NCBI GenBank assembly: GCA_035084275.1
Contig: CM068752.1
Location: 8,184,001 to 8,248,000, forward strand
Direction of reading: 5' to 3'
From: Hydrolagus colliei
Lineage: Eukaryota
Length of the DNA stretch: 64,000 nucleotides
In this document: positions 37,398 to 51,345 of the stretch, piece after piece
Layout of the letters: every line of letters begins with the position of its first letter
Position numbering within the stretch: the first letter of the stretch is position 1
The notes under the pieces: generated by a model
Told to the model about the DNA's origin: nothing
The model's database searches: none
The model's input: the letters and a program-made list of their open reading frames with translations, nothing else
Made by a program: the position numbers and the translations under genes

Positions 37398-39875
37398 ATG
37401 GCACATTCAGGCAGACTGTGGGTGCTGAGAAGGCAAGTATCGTCCATTTTCCTGCTTTGTGTTTGGCGTGTGGTTTCGGCGCAGATTCGGTACTCTATTC
37501 CCGAGGAACTGAAACACGGTGCTTTTGTGGGGAAAATCGCATCGGATTTAGGATTAAACGTAGAGGAATTGCCAAATCGCAAGTTCAGGATCTTCTCTGA
37601 CGCACAGACTCAATACTTGGATGTGAATCTCAACAGTGGGGTGTTGTTTGTGAATGAAAGGATAGACAGGGAGCAGCTTTGTGGAGAGAGCCTTTCCTGC
37701 CTCCTACCATTGGAAGTGGTGATCGAAAACCCCGTGGAACAGTATCGAGTGGAGGTGGAGGTTTTGGACATAAACGACAATTCTCCCAGTTTCCCAAAGA
37801 ATGAAATTATTTTGGAAATCGCCGAGTCGGCGACAGCTGGAGCGCGCTTTCTGTTAGAGAGCGCGCACGACCCTGACGTCGGAACGAACTCTATCCGCAC
37901 TTACCAGCTCACTCCAAACGATCACTTCGCTCTGGATGTACAGACTCGTGGAGAATGGATTCTGGCCGAATTGATACTAGAGAAGCCATTGGACCGAGAA
38001 AAGCAATCGAACCATCAATTGTTACTCCAAGCCTTTGACGGCGGAACTCCTGAGAGAACAGGTACAGCGCGTATATCTATCATTGTATTGGACGCGAATG
38101 ACAACGCACCGGTTTTCGAACAATCTCTCTACCGTGTCAGTGTAACGGAAGACGTGCCACTTGGTACTCTGGTGATCAAACTTAATGCCACCGATTCGGA
38201 CGAGGGTTTCAATGGTGAGATAGTTTATTCTTTCAGCAGCTACAACAAGGAGAGGATTCCAGAACTGTTCAGTATTGATCGCAAATCTGGGGAGATTAGG
38301 GTGAAAGGGACATTGGATTTTGAGGAAGCAACTGTTTATGAGATTAATGTAGAGGCTAAAAACAAGGGTATGTTTCCTTTAACCGCACACTGTGCCGTTC
38401 GAGTTGATATCAAGGATGTGAATGATAACACTCCGGAACTGGTGTTAAATTTAGTGACGAGCACAATAAGTGAGAAAGCAGAGACTGGAACTTTGGTGGC
38501 TCTGATTAGTGTAACAGACCTGGATTCCGATGAAAATGGGAATACCCATTGTCAGATCCCGCCAAATCTCCCCTTTGATCTCAAATCTTCCTTCAAGAAT
38601 TCATACAGACTGCTCACCAATGGCCCGCTAGATCGGGAAAGCGCTGCGGAATATCAAGTGACTGTTACCTGCACGGACCAAGGGTCTCCTCGATTATCTA
38701 CCAACAAAACCATCGCTGTGCATATCTCAGACATAAATGACAACGCGCCCAGATTTCCCCAGTCTTCTTATACAATTTATGTCACGGAGAATAACGCCCC
38801 TGGCACTTTAATTGGATCAGTTACAGCTTCGGATCCTGACATGGAGCACAACTCCCAAGTTACCTACTCTGTCATCGACACCCAAATCGAGGGGATGCCA
38901 GTAACTGCCTATGTATCCATCAACCCAGAGACTGGTGACATCTATTCGCAGCGCTCCTTTGATTATGAACAACTGAAACATTTTCGGATTCACATTGAAG
39001 CTCAAGACGCGGGACCGCCATCACTTTCGGGTAATGCCACCGTTAACGTGATTATTCTTGACCAGAATGACAATACTCCTGTAATCATATCGTCCAAGAC
39101 CACAAAGGACACCCAAATAAGGGTTCCACGGTCTGTGGGTGCTGGATACTTGGCGACCAAGATCACCGCAACTGATGCCGATTCGGGCCAGAATGCGCGG
39201 CTGTTCTTCCAGCTTCTACAAGCCACCGACCCCGGTCTGTTTACCGTTTCGCACAATTCAGGAGAGGTCAAAACCGCTCGCCGGCTTGAGGAGAAGGATT
39301 CCACTATACAAAGGCTCGTGATCCAAGTCAAAGACAAGGGACACCCGCCACTCTCAGCCACAGCTACTGTGACTCTTACAATCGTTGAACCTGTTGGAGA
39401 GTTGAGTTCAGATTTCCGTGAAACCCACACGATTGCTGAACATTCTTCTAATCTAGCCTTCTATATCATCATTTCCTTAGGAGCAATCTCATTCGTCCTT
39501 CTCGTGGTTATCATTGCCCTTGTCATTACCATCTGTCCCACTAACAGACACCATCCCTATGGTAGGACTTGGCCTCCTGTAAATTGCTGTTGCGTCAGGG
39601 AGCTGATCTCCAACGGTAGACTCCAGAGTGCCAATGCCACCCTTCAGATAGATTCCAAGTTCATGGCAAATATTGTCGAGGTGCGTGGAAATGGATCCCT
39701 TTCTGATACATACCGTTACAAAGTCAGATCAGCACCGGAACCAAACAAAATGGAATTCATGTTTGTCACACCTTACAGTCCAACAACCTCCGGGAGTATG
39801 AAGAGGATCCCCAAAACATATCTGTCAGACCAGAGCGCGCCATCAACCAACAACTCGCCTGATAGATCAACTGAG
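37398..39875 (+). CDS. Clustered protocadherin variable exon V9 (group B)
   Basis: 6 [20 protein letters not shown]; phase-0 donor GAG|GTGGGT after 39875. Confidence 0.95.
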
Positions 39876-39906
39876 GTGGGTAGCAGATACAATACCAAAG
39901 CAAATA

Positions 39907-40243
39907 TATAATAATAATCCTTGCATTTGATATAGCGCTTTCCACATCTTATCAACGTCGCAAAGCGCTTCACAGAATATATTGTAAAGTGAATTGACTG
40001 TATATATTTGTGGGCGAATCGCGGCAGCCAATTGCGCACAGCAGTGTCCCACACACAGTCGTAGATTGAAATGACCAATTTTATTATTGAAATTTTTTTG
40101 GAGGGATTATTATTAGGCGTGTGGAGTAAGGAAACTTGCCCAAGGTTTCGCCCTGACCTGCTTGGATTCGAACACAGGTATCCCCAGCTTGGTTTCCCCA
40201 GCTTGCAAGACAAGTGCTCCAACCACTGAGCCACAGGAGCTCC
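39907..40243 (-). mobile_element. Full-length tRNA-derived DeuSINE-like SINE with L2-type tail
   Basis: Minus strand begins GGAGCTCCTGTGGCTCAGTGG (A box) ... GTTCGAATCC (B box); central GTGGGACACTGCTGTGCGCAATTGGCTGCCGCG resembles the Deu domain; ends AAATGCAAGGA(TTA)n. Confidence 0.9.
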
Positions 40244-40491
40244 ATATGCGAGAAGCAGTAGCAGTTTACTTGTGTGCCTACTTTGTCCATTTTGCATTTA
40301 AGTCTATCAAAATATGCATGATTGTCATAATTCTATTCCGTAGTAAGATATTTTATTGTAGATTTAAAAAAATATTAAACGAACCAGATCTAAAGATGGT
40401 GGTTTCAACATACCAGATTGAATGGACACTGTGCTAATGAAGAGGTATTTGATGACAAATGTATGTTTACCACATCTAACAATTCAGAATT

Positions 40492-40775
40492 GGAGCCCTG
40501 CAGCTCAGTGGTTAGAGCATTTGCCTTACAAGCAAGACACCTGGGTTCAGTTCCAGGCAGCACAAATCATTGGGCAATTTTCCTTATCACCACATGTCTA
40601 ATAATAATCTCTCAAAAAGAAACATTGGTGGTTTCATTCTATGACTGTTTGTGGGACACTGCTATATTTTGCCCATATATTTAATGGATTCAGTTCACAG
40701 TATATTCCACGAAGTGCTTTGAGATGTCTAGAAGAGATGAAACATGCTATAACAAATGCAAGGATTATGTTAATA
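40492..40775 (+). mobile_element. Older copy of the same SINE
   Basis: GGAGCCCTGCAGCTCAGTGGTTAGAGCA...GGTTCAGTTCC head, GTGGGACACTGCT core, AAATGCAAGGATTA tail. Confidence 0.85.
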
Positions 40776-42642
40776 CAAATGTTAAGGAAGAAAACACATT
40801 GAATATGTAAAACAGTATCAACGGTGTATATTGAACAAATTAAACCATGATGAATTTTAGCTATAATAAATTAATGGTTTTAAATATATTTGGCTAATCT
40901 TAATTTCTAATGTAACATAATCCTTGCAATATAATTTGAGGTAAAGGCAAAACTAATGTATTCTGGAGAGAAAATGAAGGATATGCAGACCAACTGCAAA
41001 GGTGGACTTTGTTTTGCTTAAATAAGTAAATTGGAGTGGAATATAACCTTTTGTACGAAGGTCAAATATAAAGTTTGCCTTTTACCGTCACATCAAATTA
41101 ATAATTATTTCAAGTGTATATTGGTATATAAACACATGTTCTGCTTATATGTTCTGAAGTGCTTAATAGATCTGTTGCAGCACAGCAAATCAATACTTTT
41201 GATAGGGATAATTGTGGTTAAGGCTGCCAACTCACTCAGAATTCCACATGCTTGATCCAATGAGCATAACGAGCTTGTGATCAACTGATTGTGTGTGTCA
41301 TAGAGACATTGATAATCAATGCAGCGACCTCCAACAAAGTTACCTTCATAACAGCAGAGAAGATAACGAGAGCTTAACATAATATGATGTAATCATATTC
41401 GTCAGCATTATGCGTTGCCGTGGTACAAATAGAATATAATTTGAATGCATTTTAACTCCACTGCAAGAAACTAAATAGTGTCACAGTGAAGGACATTGGT
41501 CCCGTTCCAGAAATGTATCTAAGTGTGATGTGGAAGTTTGCATGAACACCTGGACCTGGAAAGTTAAACACTTTCACTAATTTTGTATGCTTCATCTCAG
41601 TGGATATTCAATTAGTGGTGGTATATTCCATGTTGAATTATTTTTCTGTAAAGTATGATATTTATCATTATACAATTATCTTCCAAAAATATCAGGTTCG
41701 TTTTCTTTCAAATATATCACATAATTCATAATATTCGTGTATTGGTATCGTATATTCTGAGGTAAAAGACACTTCGAAGGTCAGATTAAAACCGTACAAT
41801 CCGTGGGTGGTCTGCAACTGGATCGTTACATACAGTTCCAATCCCAGCAACATTTTGGAGAACCAGGCACAGAGACAGTACAGCGAGAAGGAACAAGTCT
41901 GACCATCCCTAAGTATTTTACGAGGAGCAAATAAGATATGTTTGAATGTTTTGGAGAAACCATACTAACATATTTATTTGTTATACTAAATGGCATGGAG
42001 AAGTTAAGCAGTGCCTTCAGGTCCGCAGAGACCCCTGGACAAGTCTGCATGGTTTCAGACTTATGGAGAACGATTTATGTCAAGATACCAGTAGGTACGT
42101 CTTTATATAGAAGAAGTACTTTCCTGTGTACTGGTATAAATTTATTGACTTGTCTCTGCAAACCTGGAAGGGAAGCAAAGGCAAGAATATAGGAATCAGT
42201 AACAAAAAAGAGCTTGATACTGTTATGTTCATAAGTTATGATGAGTTTTCCTAAAGCAAGCAAGTGGGCAGATGGATCAAAATCTGAACCATTCCTGTGC
42301 TCTTGTAGCTTGAGTGGTGATGTTCCAAGCTTCAAATGGGTATTGGTAACATTCCGATAGACTATGCAATCTGAGGATGGGAAATTAGAGTTATCTTATT
42401 TAGGTGAGTCATCATTTTTTTTCTGTACATGCGTCCTGTGGCCTTATTTAAATCTTCTCGCTGTGCATCACAAAAACATATTTACATATTTACGTTGGAT
42501 CTAAGCATTGATAGGACATTTATTTTTTATTTGAACAAGTACTCCTGGCATTGCTTGGATGAGATTCTGGGTCAACTGGTGGTTGTGTTCTGACAAATAA
42601 TTTAGGGTTCATGGGAATATATATGGTTGAGAAACTGCTACG

Positions 42643-42684
42643 TGTAGTTATTGGGCGAGACACTTTGTGTCGCTGTCTACCAAT
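42643..42684 (+). promoter_or_regulatory. CSE of V10
   Basis: TGTAGTTATTGG...CACTTTGTGTCGCTGTCTACCAAT; CGCT at 42671. Confidence 0.9.
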
Positions 42685-42943
42685 GAGGAACTGAAATATT
42701 ACCAGAGATCCATCAGTCCTCCCCCAACACCATACAGAGTGGAGAAAGAAGGCAAGCTGGAGCGCCGTTTGCATTTATATATCAGCCATCTTTCGTTCCG
42801 GGCACATTCTGTATTGGTAGACATGCGATTCATCGTTTACTTTCCTTTGGATTTCATACAAAGATAAGTGGCTGTGAGCAATATGTCTTTTTCATTGTTA
42901 TTTACGCAGCATTGCGAATGAAAAGGCGCATTCGGGTTGGAGG

Positions 42944-45388
42944 ATGCAAATGTTGCCCCTGCTGATCCTGCTTTGTTTCTGGGATTTCTGTTCTTGTCAG
43001 ATTCGATATTCTATACCAGAAGGATTAGAATCCGGCTCTTTTGTTGGGAATATTGCTAGAGATTTTGGATTAGATGTAAGAAAGCTCTCCGATCGCAGAT
43101 TCCGGATCATCTCCGCCACAGAGGAGAGGTATTTCGAGGTAAATTTAGAAAATGGCGTTTTGTCCGTTAGAGAGAAAATCGACAGGGAGCAGCTCTGTGA
43201 TCAAAGATCCCCCTGTTTACTGAACCTGGAGGTTGTTATGGAAAATCCTTTGGAACTGTACCGAGCTGAAGTCGAGATACAAGACATCAACGATAATTAT
43301 CCCAGTTTTTCGAAAGCTGAGCTACATTTGGAGATCCTTGAATCCATTCCCCCGGGAACTCGCTTTCCACTAGAAAGCGCTCACGATCCAGATGTGGGTA
43401 TGAATTCCATCCGCACTTATCGCCTCAGTTCGAACGAGCATTTCACCCTGGAAATCCAGAAAAGGAGCGATGGCACTCCAATCGCACAAATGGTCCTAGA
43501 GAAATATTTAGACAGAGAAAAGGAAGGGGTTCATCGTCTACTATTGACTGCCATCGATGGCGGAAATCCCGAGAGATCAGGTAGTGCCCAGGTAATCATC
43601 ACTGTGCTTGATGTCAATGACAATTTGCCTGTTTTTGATAATTCTGTCTATAGAGTCAGTGTGGTGGAAAACGTAGCTGAGAATAGTTTAGTTATTGATC
43701 TGAACGCTACTGATTTGGACGAAGGTTCCAATGCCAATATAATATATTCCTTCAGCAGCCACACTCCGGATAAAGTCCGTGATCTGTTTAGTTTAGACCC
43801 TGAAACGGGAGAGATCAGAGTAAAGGGGGTGTTGGACTATGAAAAAGCCGCTAGTTACGAAATCAATGTTGAAGCAAGAGACCAAGGTGCAAGCTCTGTT
43901 CCAGTATATTGCAAAGTTCTGGTCGACATCGTGGACCTGAATGATTTTAAACCCGAGTTGACAGTGATGTCCTTATCCAGTCCAGTGCCCGAAGATGCTG
44001 CAATTGGGACTATGATAGCTCTACTCATTGTAAAAGACCCAGACAGCGGAGAGAACGGCAGGACGAGTTGTCACTTAGCCCCCAACGTTCCTTTTGAACT
44101 GAAGTCATCTTTCGCGAACTCCTATATGCTGGCCACCAAACATACCTTGGACAGAGAAACGGTTTCTCGGTACTCAATTAACGTCACCTGTGTGGATGGA
44201 GGTTCCCCCGCCCTTTCCACCGAGAAAGCTTTACTGGTGGAGGTTTCAGACATCAATGATAACGCCCCACGTTTTGAGAAGTCGTCTTACACAGCGTACT
44301 TACCGGAAAACAGCCCACCCGGCTCGTTGATTTGTACCGTGAGAGCTCGAGATCCCGATTTGGGTCAAAATTCCCATGTTTCCTATTCCATCCAGGAGAA
44401 ACCCATTCAGGCTGCTCCTATCAGCTCGTTTGTGTCCATTAACTCGAACAATGGCAACTTATTTTCACAGCGTTCCTTTGATTACGAGCAGCTTAAACTT
44501 TTCCAGGTCTATGTTGGAGCCCGAGATGCAGGGACTCCTCCTCTGAGCAGCAGCGTTATTGTGAACGTGATCATTCTCGACCAGAATGATAATCCTCCCA
44601 CCCTTAGCTATGCCCTGGCGAAGGATGCATCGCGGGTAACTGTGCTTCGGTCGGCCCAACCCAATTCCTTGGTGACCAAGTTAGCTGCAACTGACGCTGA
44701 TTCGGGCCAGAATGCAAAGTTGTTTTACAAACTGCTCCAAGCCACTGACCAAAGTCTGTTCACAATACTACACGGTTCAGGAGAGGTTCGAACTGTGCGC
44801 CCATTTGACGACAGGGACTCCAATGAGCAAGTGTTGGTTATTATGGTGAAAGATAATGGACATCCTTCTCTGTCGTCCACTTTCACCATCACATTGTTAC
44901 TGATGGATGGTGTGGCAGAAATTCTCTCTGACTTCAGCGATCTTCCCCCAGATAGCGAGCCTCCCTCCAGTTTAGCCCTGTACACAATCATATGTCTGGG
45001 TTCTTTCTCATTCATCCTTCTTGTGATAATAATTGGCCTAGTGACCACCATATGCCACAATGATAACGGCAACAAAATGTGCTCTCTGGTCATTTGTTGC
45101 TTCAGGAGGAGAATTTCGAACAATGTTTCACGGCAGTCTAATATACACCTCCAGATACACCCTGAATCGAAACTGATTTCAAACTTTGTAGAAGTTCGTG
45201 GGACCGGCTCCCTCTCACAAACCTATTGCTACAAAGTTGCTTCGACCTTAGAACCCGCCAGCAATGACTTGATGATACTCACTCCTTTCGGTACTGCAAC
45301 GCGTGGAAGCAGAAGTAAAAACACTGAGATGTTTTTCTCGGAGTGGAGTGAGCAAACTGCAAAGAAAAGCATTCATGTTGCCAGAGAG
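42944..45388 (+). CDS. Clustered protocadherin variable exon V10 (group B)
   Basis: 6 EC, TM, EVRGTGSLSQTYCYKV; phase-0 donor GAG|GTGAGT after 45388. Confidence 0.95.
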
Positions 45389-46093
45389 GTGAGTCATCAA
45401 AAAAAGCCCCATGCCCTCTCTTTACATACAAAGAGGCAATGTATCGTATTCATGTATCTGTAATCATTTGAGCATTTATAAATGACCAATACTTGGCAAA
45501 AATGTTACTTGGATCTTGGCTTCAAAGAGTAAACGAGTTCCCTTAATATCTTGCAGGTAAAGGTGTCACTTTACCTGGTGCAATGCCACGTTACTGGAAG
45601 GTCATAGGTTCAATGTCTGTACTTGATCACATTCCAACCAGCTTGTTCCAACAGGAATCGGAAGGAATGACCAGTATTGGGAGCTTCCCACACTGTTAAC
45701 CGGGTAGTGTGATGCAACTTGGATAAAGCAGTGCCAAGCTTGACAAAGAGTATCACAGATCACAACAAGCTATTGAGTTTAGGTTAGTCCGGCAGATATC
45801 TAAACTATCCCTGAGTACATTATCTCTTGCAAACCTGTGTCTAATACTTTCAGGAATTATGTGGGGAGAAGGAGAGAATACATTGTATTTCAATGAAATG
45901 AAAATTGTTCATGGGATGCTGGGAAGCATATTTAGAACTTTCAATCTGCTTTAATTCTCTTATGCATGACGTTAGATTTCCTCAAGAGTCAACCACCCGG
46001 TTGGTTAAAATTAAAAAACACAGGGAGGAAGTGAAACTGGATGATACATGTTGACAAAGAAAATAGATTGAGGAATACCACACATAGAATACA

Positions 46094-46248
46094 TCAGCGC
46101 TTTGGGACGCCCCTCTGTCTCAAACAGATGACAAGCTACTAATATTTTTAAACGGTATATGTTCATGTTTTCTTGTGTTACTGGATTGGGCCTGATCCTT
46201 TCGACTTAAAAGGCGACACATAAATGCAAGTTGTTGTTGTTGCTGTTC
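46094..46248 (+). mobile_element. Split L2 3' tail remnant
   Basis: CAGCGCTTTGGGACG ... AAAGGCGACACATAAATGCAAG(TTG)n resembles the tail of the 62621 L2. Confidence 0.5.
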
Positions 46249-46453
46249 TTGGTCCAGATGTAAGTGATGGTTTATTGAAGTGCAATACGCACAGGTACAG
46301 CTAGGTGGCTAATGTTTATGGTTTGGTGCTATTTGTGAAAACATTAAATGCAATTAGTATGCTAATTGCCTTTGTTACGCATAAGCATAATAAAACAAGA
46401 TTTCTCGTGGCTTTGTTTTATATGCAAGTCCAACAATATCGTCAATTTGTCAA

Positions 46454-46496
46454 TGCAGTTATTATTACAATACTCTCTGTGTCGCTGTCTACCAAT
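46454..46496 (+). promoter_or_regulatory. CSE of V11
   Basis: TGCAGTTATTA...CTCTGTGTCGCTGTCTACCAAT (43 nt); CGCT at 46483. Confidence 0.9.
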
Positions 46497-46772
46497 GGGG
46501 AGCCACAACGCTACTGGTAATCCACCCCCCCTTCCCCCCTTCCCGAACACAACGCATAGTACAGAGCAGCAGAGGAAAAGCAGTCTCCTGTTTACCATTG
46601 ACATTGTGCCTGAGACGCTGATTATCACCGTGAAGGACGTAACAGTGGTCAGCATCTCCTTAGTATTTACTGTACAGTATATCAAACACAGGTGAGGGGC
46701 GTATTTTTCGCGAAACCGTATATTATTTTTTACACCATTACGAAACGAAAGGGCAGAGAATTCAGCCAGAGA

Positions 46773-49223
46773 ATGCAAGCCTTCCCTACGTTTTTCCTGC
46801 TTTGTGTCTGGAATATCGTGAACGGACAGATTCGCTACTCCATCCCTGAAGAATTGAAACACGGCGCTTTCGTTGGGAATGTCGGTAAAGACGTGGGACT
46901 GGAGGGAGGAGAGCTGGCTGGTCGGAGGCTCGGGATCATGTCTGCCACAAGGAAACGCTATTTAGAGATAAATGAGGATTCTGGTATTTTGTTCGTGAAT
47001 GAATTGATAGACCGGGAGCACCTCTGCGGGCGGAGCCCTGCTTGTTTTGTGAATGTTGAAGTGGTTGCGGAGAACCCCTTGGAATTGTACCGCGTGGAAG
47101 TTGAGATATCAGACATAAATGACAATCCTCCCGGATTCCCAAGCGATGAATTCCGTTTGGAAATCATGGAGTCGGCGCCGCCGGGAACTCGCTTCCTCCT
47201 GCAGAGCGCGCATGATCCAGACGTGGGCGTCAATTCCATCCACCATTATCGCTTGAGTCCAAATGAGCATTTTGCTTTGGAAGTGCAGAGCAGCGGTGAT
47301 GGCAGCAGACATGTCTACTTGGTGCTGGAAGACCACTTAGATCGGGAACAGAAGGCTAGTCATCACCTGGTACTGACTGCCGTGGACGGCGGGACGCCAG
47401 AGCGATCTGGGACCACCCAGGTAATCATCAGTGTCCTTGATGTCAACGACAATGCTCCTGTGTTTGATCGGACCTTCTACACAATAAACCTAAAAGAAAG
47501 CGTACCAGTAGGCACAATAGTTACTAAACTAAACACCACCGACCTGGATGAAAATATGAATGCAGAAATAACGTACTCTTTCAGTAGCCTCACCCCAAAG
47601 AGGGTTGGAGAACTTTTCAGTGTTGAACCCAAAACAGGCGAGATTAGAGTAAAAGGAGCGATAGATTTTGAAGAAACCAATGTTTATGAAATCATCGTGG
47701 AAGCCAAGGACAATGGTGCAATCCCCGTGCATTGCACTGTCCGAATAAACATCGTAGATGTAAATGACAACGCTCCGGATGTGACTATGATATCAGTGTC
47801 TAACACAATCCCAGAGGATGCAGGGATCGGAACTGTGATAGGGTTGATCAGTGTGAGCGATCAGGATTCCGGTGATAACGGTCGGACGAGTTGCAGAATC
47901 CCTTCCAACCTGCCATTCAAACTGAAGTCCACTTTTATCAACTCGTATACGCTGGTCACAAGTCGTGCTATGGACAGAGAAACTGTAGCAGAATACCAGA
48001 TTGACATCTCATGCCGGGACATGGGATCTCCCGCTCTGTCCAGCAACCCGAGCATTCAAATACAAGTGTCAGACATCAATGACAACCCCCCTCGCTTCTC
48101 AGAGAATCCTTACACTCTGCAGATAATGGAGAACAATCCTCCTGGGGCTTCCATCGGCTCAGTCTCTGCTTTAGATCCTGATGTGGGACAGAATGCTCAC
48201 CTTTCCTACTCAGTCCTGGAGAACCAAGTTGTGGGAATGCCCGTTTCCTCCTTCGTCTCCATCAATTCACAGAATGGCATTGTCTTTTCCCAACGGTCCT
48301 TCGACTACGAAGAACTCAAGAATTTCCAGATCCATGTTGGTGTGCAGGATGCTGGCTTCCCCCCGCTCAGACGGAACGCTACAGTGAAGGTTATCATTCT
48401 GGATCAGAATGACAACGCTCCTGTAATCATATCGCCCCGGGTAAAGAATGGTTCCAGATTAACTATACCGCGATCTGCAGACTCCGGCTATTTGGTGACC
48501 AAATTCATGGCAACGGATGCTGATTCCGGGCAGAACGCACGCCTGGTCTATCAACTGGTTGGAGCCTCCGATCGGACTCTTTTCACCATTGGCAGTAACT
48601 CTGGAGAAATTCGAACAATTCGCCCACTCAGAGACAAGGACGCCAGCACCCAGATGTTAGTCATCCTGGTGAAGGACAACGGACACCCATCGTTATCTAC
48701 AACCACCACCGTCTGGCTCAACCTGGTAGAGGTTGAGACAGAAGTAGTTTCTGGCGTGCCACCCAAACTCCAACCCCACCAGGAGTCATCGGAGACAGCC
48801 TTTTACATCATTATACCTTTAGCTACCATCACAATGGCGCTGTTGGTAGCTCTCATTGCCCTTGCTATCGCCATTTGTCACACCGACAGGAGTGCTGCTG
48901 GCGGCTCAGGCTGCTGTGTGACCTGGTGCTGTTGTTTGGGGCGGAGGCATTCGGACGAGAGGTTTCAAAACCCCACCCTGAACTTTCACGCGGTGCCGAA
49001 CTCCAGGTTGGTCAAAAATGTGGTTGAGATCCGTGGAACCGGTGGCCTGGCCCAAACGTACAGCTACACCATACGGTCGGTTCCTGGAACGATTAGAAAT
49101 GATTCGAAGTTGCCTCCACCTTTCTGTGCGGTGCCTGTCAGGAATCAATCCCACGATGCTGACAGATATCTTTCAGAGTGGAATGTGAAGGGAATGAACA
49201 ACGCATCACATTTCCCTGATCAG
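46773..49223 (+). CDS. Clustered protocadherin variable exon V11 (group B)
   Basis: First in-frame ATG at 46773 (MQAFP); 6 EC, TM, EIRGTGGLAQTYSY; phase-0 donor CAG|GTGAGT after 49223. Confidence 0.95.
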
Positions 49224-50010
49224 GTGAGTCACCTAACCCAAAGACCAATTAAAATAACTGCCTCAGCAATGATTCCCGAATACACGCTTCTTTGCGTTTC
49301 GCTGGCGTCTTTGTCTGGGACAGTCAAACACTAAACAGTGGACTAAACATTGTAAATATATTCTACAATTTTTTTCTCCTCCAATGTTACATTCCAATGC
49401 CCTCTATACCCGTCTTCTCCTCTAGGTGGAGACTCATACAGGAATATGATTCCAGTGAAGTACTGCTAAGCTTTACTTCCCCAACTGGACAATCTTCATG
49501 TGTGAACCTGGACTGTGAGTGCAATCGTGTATTGAACTATGAGTCAGTTCTCACCTAAGATCTAGCCAACCAGTAGGCTTTACTGGATAATTAATGAGGA
49601 TTCAGAATCCTGAATCTGGGTGCTAAATCCAATTATCTTGCTTCTACTACGAGAAAATGGGATTAATGGTATCTATTTTTGGAGAGGTTCACATGAACAA
49701 AGAGTTGGTCAGATGGGTCACCAGCAATGCATCCAAATGCTTAAGAGTATTCACACCAACCTGAGAGTTCCATGCATTCCACCAGTATATGAGAATTTAA
49801 GAGATATTTATTGGAATGGAATGGGTACTCTCTCCCTGGAGAGATGCAGTCTGGTTACCTAATTCTGGAAGGTATTAAGCACAGGTTGCCACAGTGGGTG
49901 GGCTCACGTCTGACATTTCATTGCTAAACATGGCACCTTGATTTGCGGGGGGAGGGGGAGAAAATATTGTCTTCAAACAAGAGCAGGTCAAAGAGCCATG
50001 AGAATGAATT

Positions 50011-50630
50011 ATAACAACATCTTGCACGTAATTATATAGCACCCTCTATACTGGGTAGCTTCTCAGAATGGTAACAATGGTGGAGCCTGACTCCAAGCTA
50101 TGAAGGGGTGGGGTAGGGGGAGAGAGGGGAGGTTGCTGTAGGCATGGTCAAAGAATTTCAGGTTGGACTTGAAAAGGGGACCAGGTAGAGCGATTGTGGG
50201 AGTGTTCCAGTGTTTGGGGAGTTTCCAGAGTGTCTGAAAGCTCGGCCTCCAATGGTGGAGTGAAGGGTGTGAGGAATGAGTTGGAGGCTAGTCCAGTTGA
50301 TTAGTGGTTTCGGATGGTGGTTTGTAGAATGAGGAGGTCAGAAAGGTAGAGAGGAGCCAGGGAGTGAGGGATTTGAACATGAGTGTCAGGATCTTGAAGT
50401 TGATCTGTTTGGTGATGAGGAGTCAGTGGAGCCAGAACTGGTGAGATGTGGGCACAGAGTTTGGGCGTGGTTTGTACCCTGCAGAGTTCTGAATTAGCGG
50501 ATCTGTTGGTTGGTGGAGCAGGTAAGACCGGTGAGGAGTGCATTTGAGTAATGCAAGCAGGAGTTGATAAACACAAGCATGAGGGTTTCAGCTGCATTTG
50601 GGGTAATGTACGGTCGGAGATGGGCAATGT
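50011..50630 (-). mobile_element. Degraded L2 LINE 3' fragment
   Basis: Homologous to the L2 C-terminal region (CAGGATCTTGAA, GCTCGGCCTCCAATGGTGG, GCAGAGTTCTG) with an AAC-rich tail at 50011. Confidence 0.7.
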
Positions 50631-50807
50631 GGATTATTCTGAAGTTTTAACTTGATTACTTTGGGGAATAACAAGTATGCATGCAGCATATTGCCACAGA
50701 AGATAAGAACCCAGAGAAACAATGTCTATGGCAGGCAGGTTGTGTTGGGAATGTTAGTGCTGGAAAACATAGAGTTAACAATCCCGGCAACAACCACATT
50801 ATAATAA

Positions 50808-51345
50808 AAACAACAGCAAATTAGATTGTATTGCACGTTTCAGATTGTGAGGATGTTTTCCCAACCCTAGCTGGGGTCAGGGATGGTGGAGGGTAGTTGG
50901 GAAAGGAGGTTGATTGAAGACAATCGAAGAGGAGAGCTATCAGATGGGGCTTGAAGAATGCAGTGGGTGAGACAGAGGGATTGCGGGATGGAGTTCCAGA
51001 GGGTGGGGCAGAGTGGTTGAAGTTTTGCCTGCCGATGGTGGGGTGGGTGAGGTGTGAGATGTGAAGCAGGCCGGATCCTGCTGAGCAAAGGGAGCAGACA
51101 GGTTGGTGGGGGATTGGGAAGATGCAGAGATAAAGGGAGCAAGGGCACGGAGAGTTTTGAGGGTAAAGAAAAAGATCTTGAACTGTATCCTCTGTGTGAT
51201 CGGAAGCCAGTGGAGTGGCGCAAGAGTAACGGAGATAGTGTCATGGGGCCTGGTGCGGGAAAGGACATAGGCTGCAGAGTTCTGGAATATCTGCAGTCTA
51301 TTGAGGGAGCAGTTGGGGAGGCTGATAATCAGAGAGCTTAGCATA
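50808..51345 (-). mobile_element. Degraded L2 LINE 3' fragment
   Basis: Minus ORF LQIFQNSAAYVLSRTRPHD...LHWLPITQRIQFKI and LWNSIP. Confidence 0.85.

Noticed and set aside
40150-40560. tRNA-like sequences with A and B boxes
   Set aside because: They are SINE heads continuous with SINE body and tail, not stand-alone tRNA genes.
132-47239. Recurrent antisense ORFs over EC1-EC2 (132-641, 4104-4511, 13146-13445, 19555-19938, 27698-28273, 37610-37900, 46958-47239)
   Set aside because: Shadow frames of conserved cadherin codons with variable ends and mostly non-ATG starts. They do not show coding function or the antisense lncRNA known for Pcdh-alpha.
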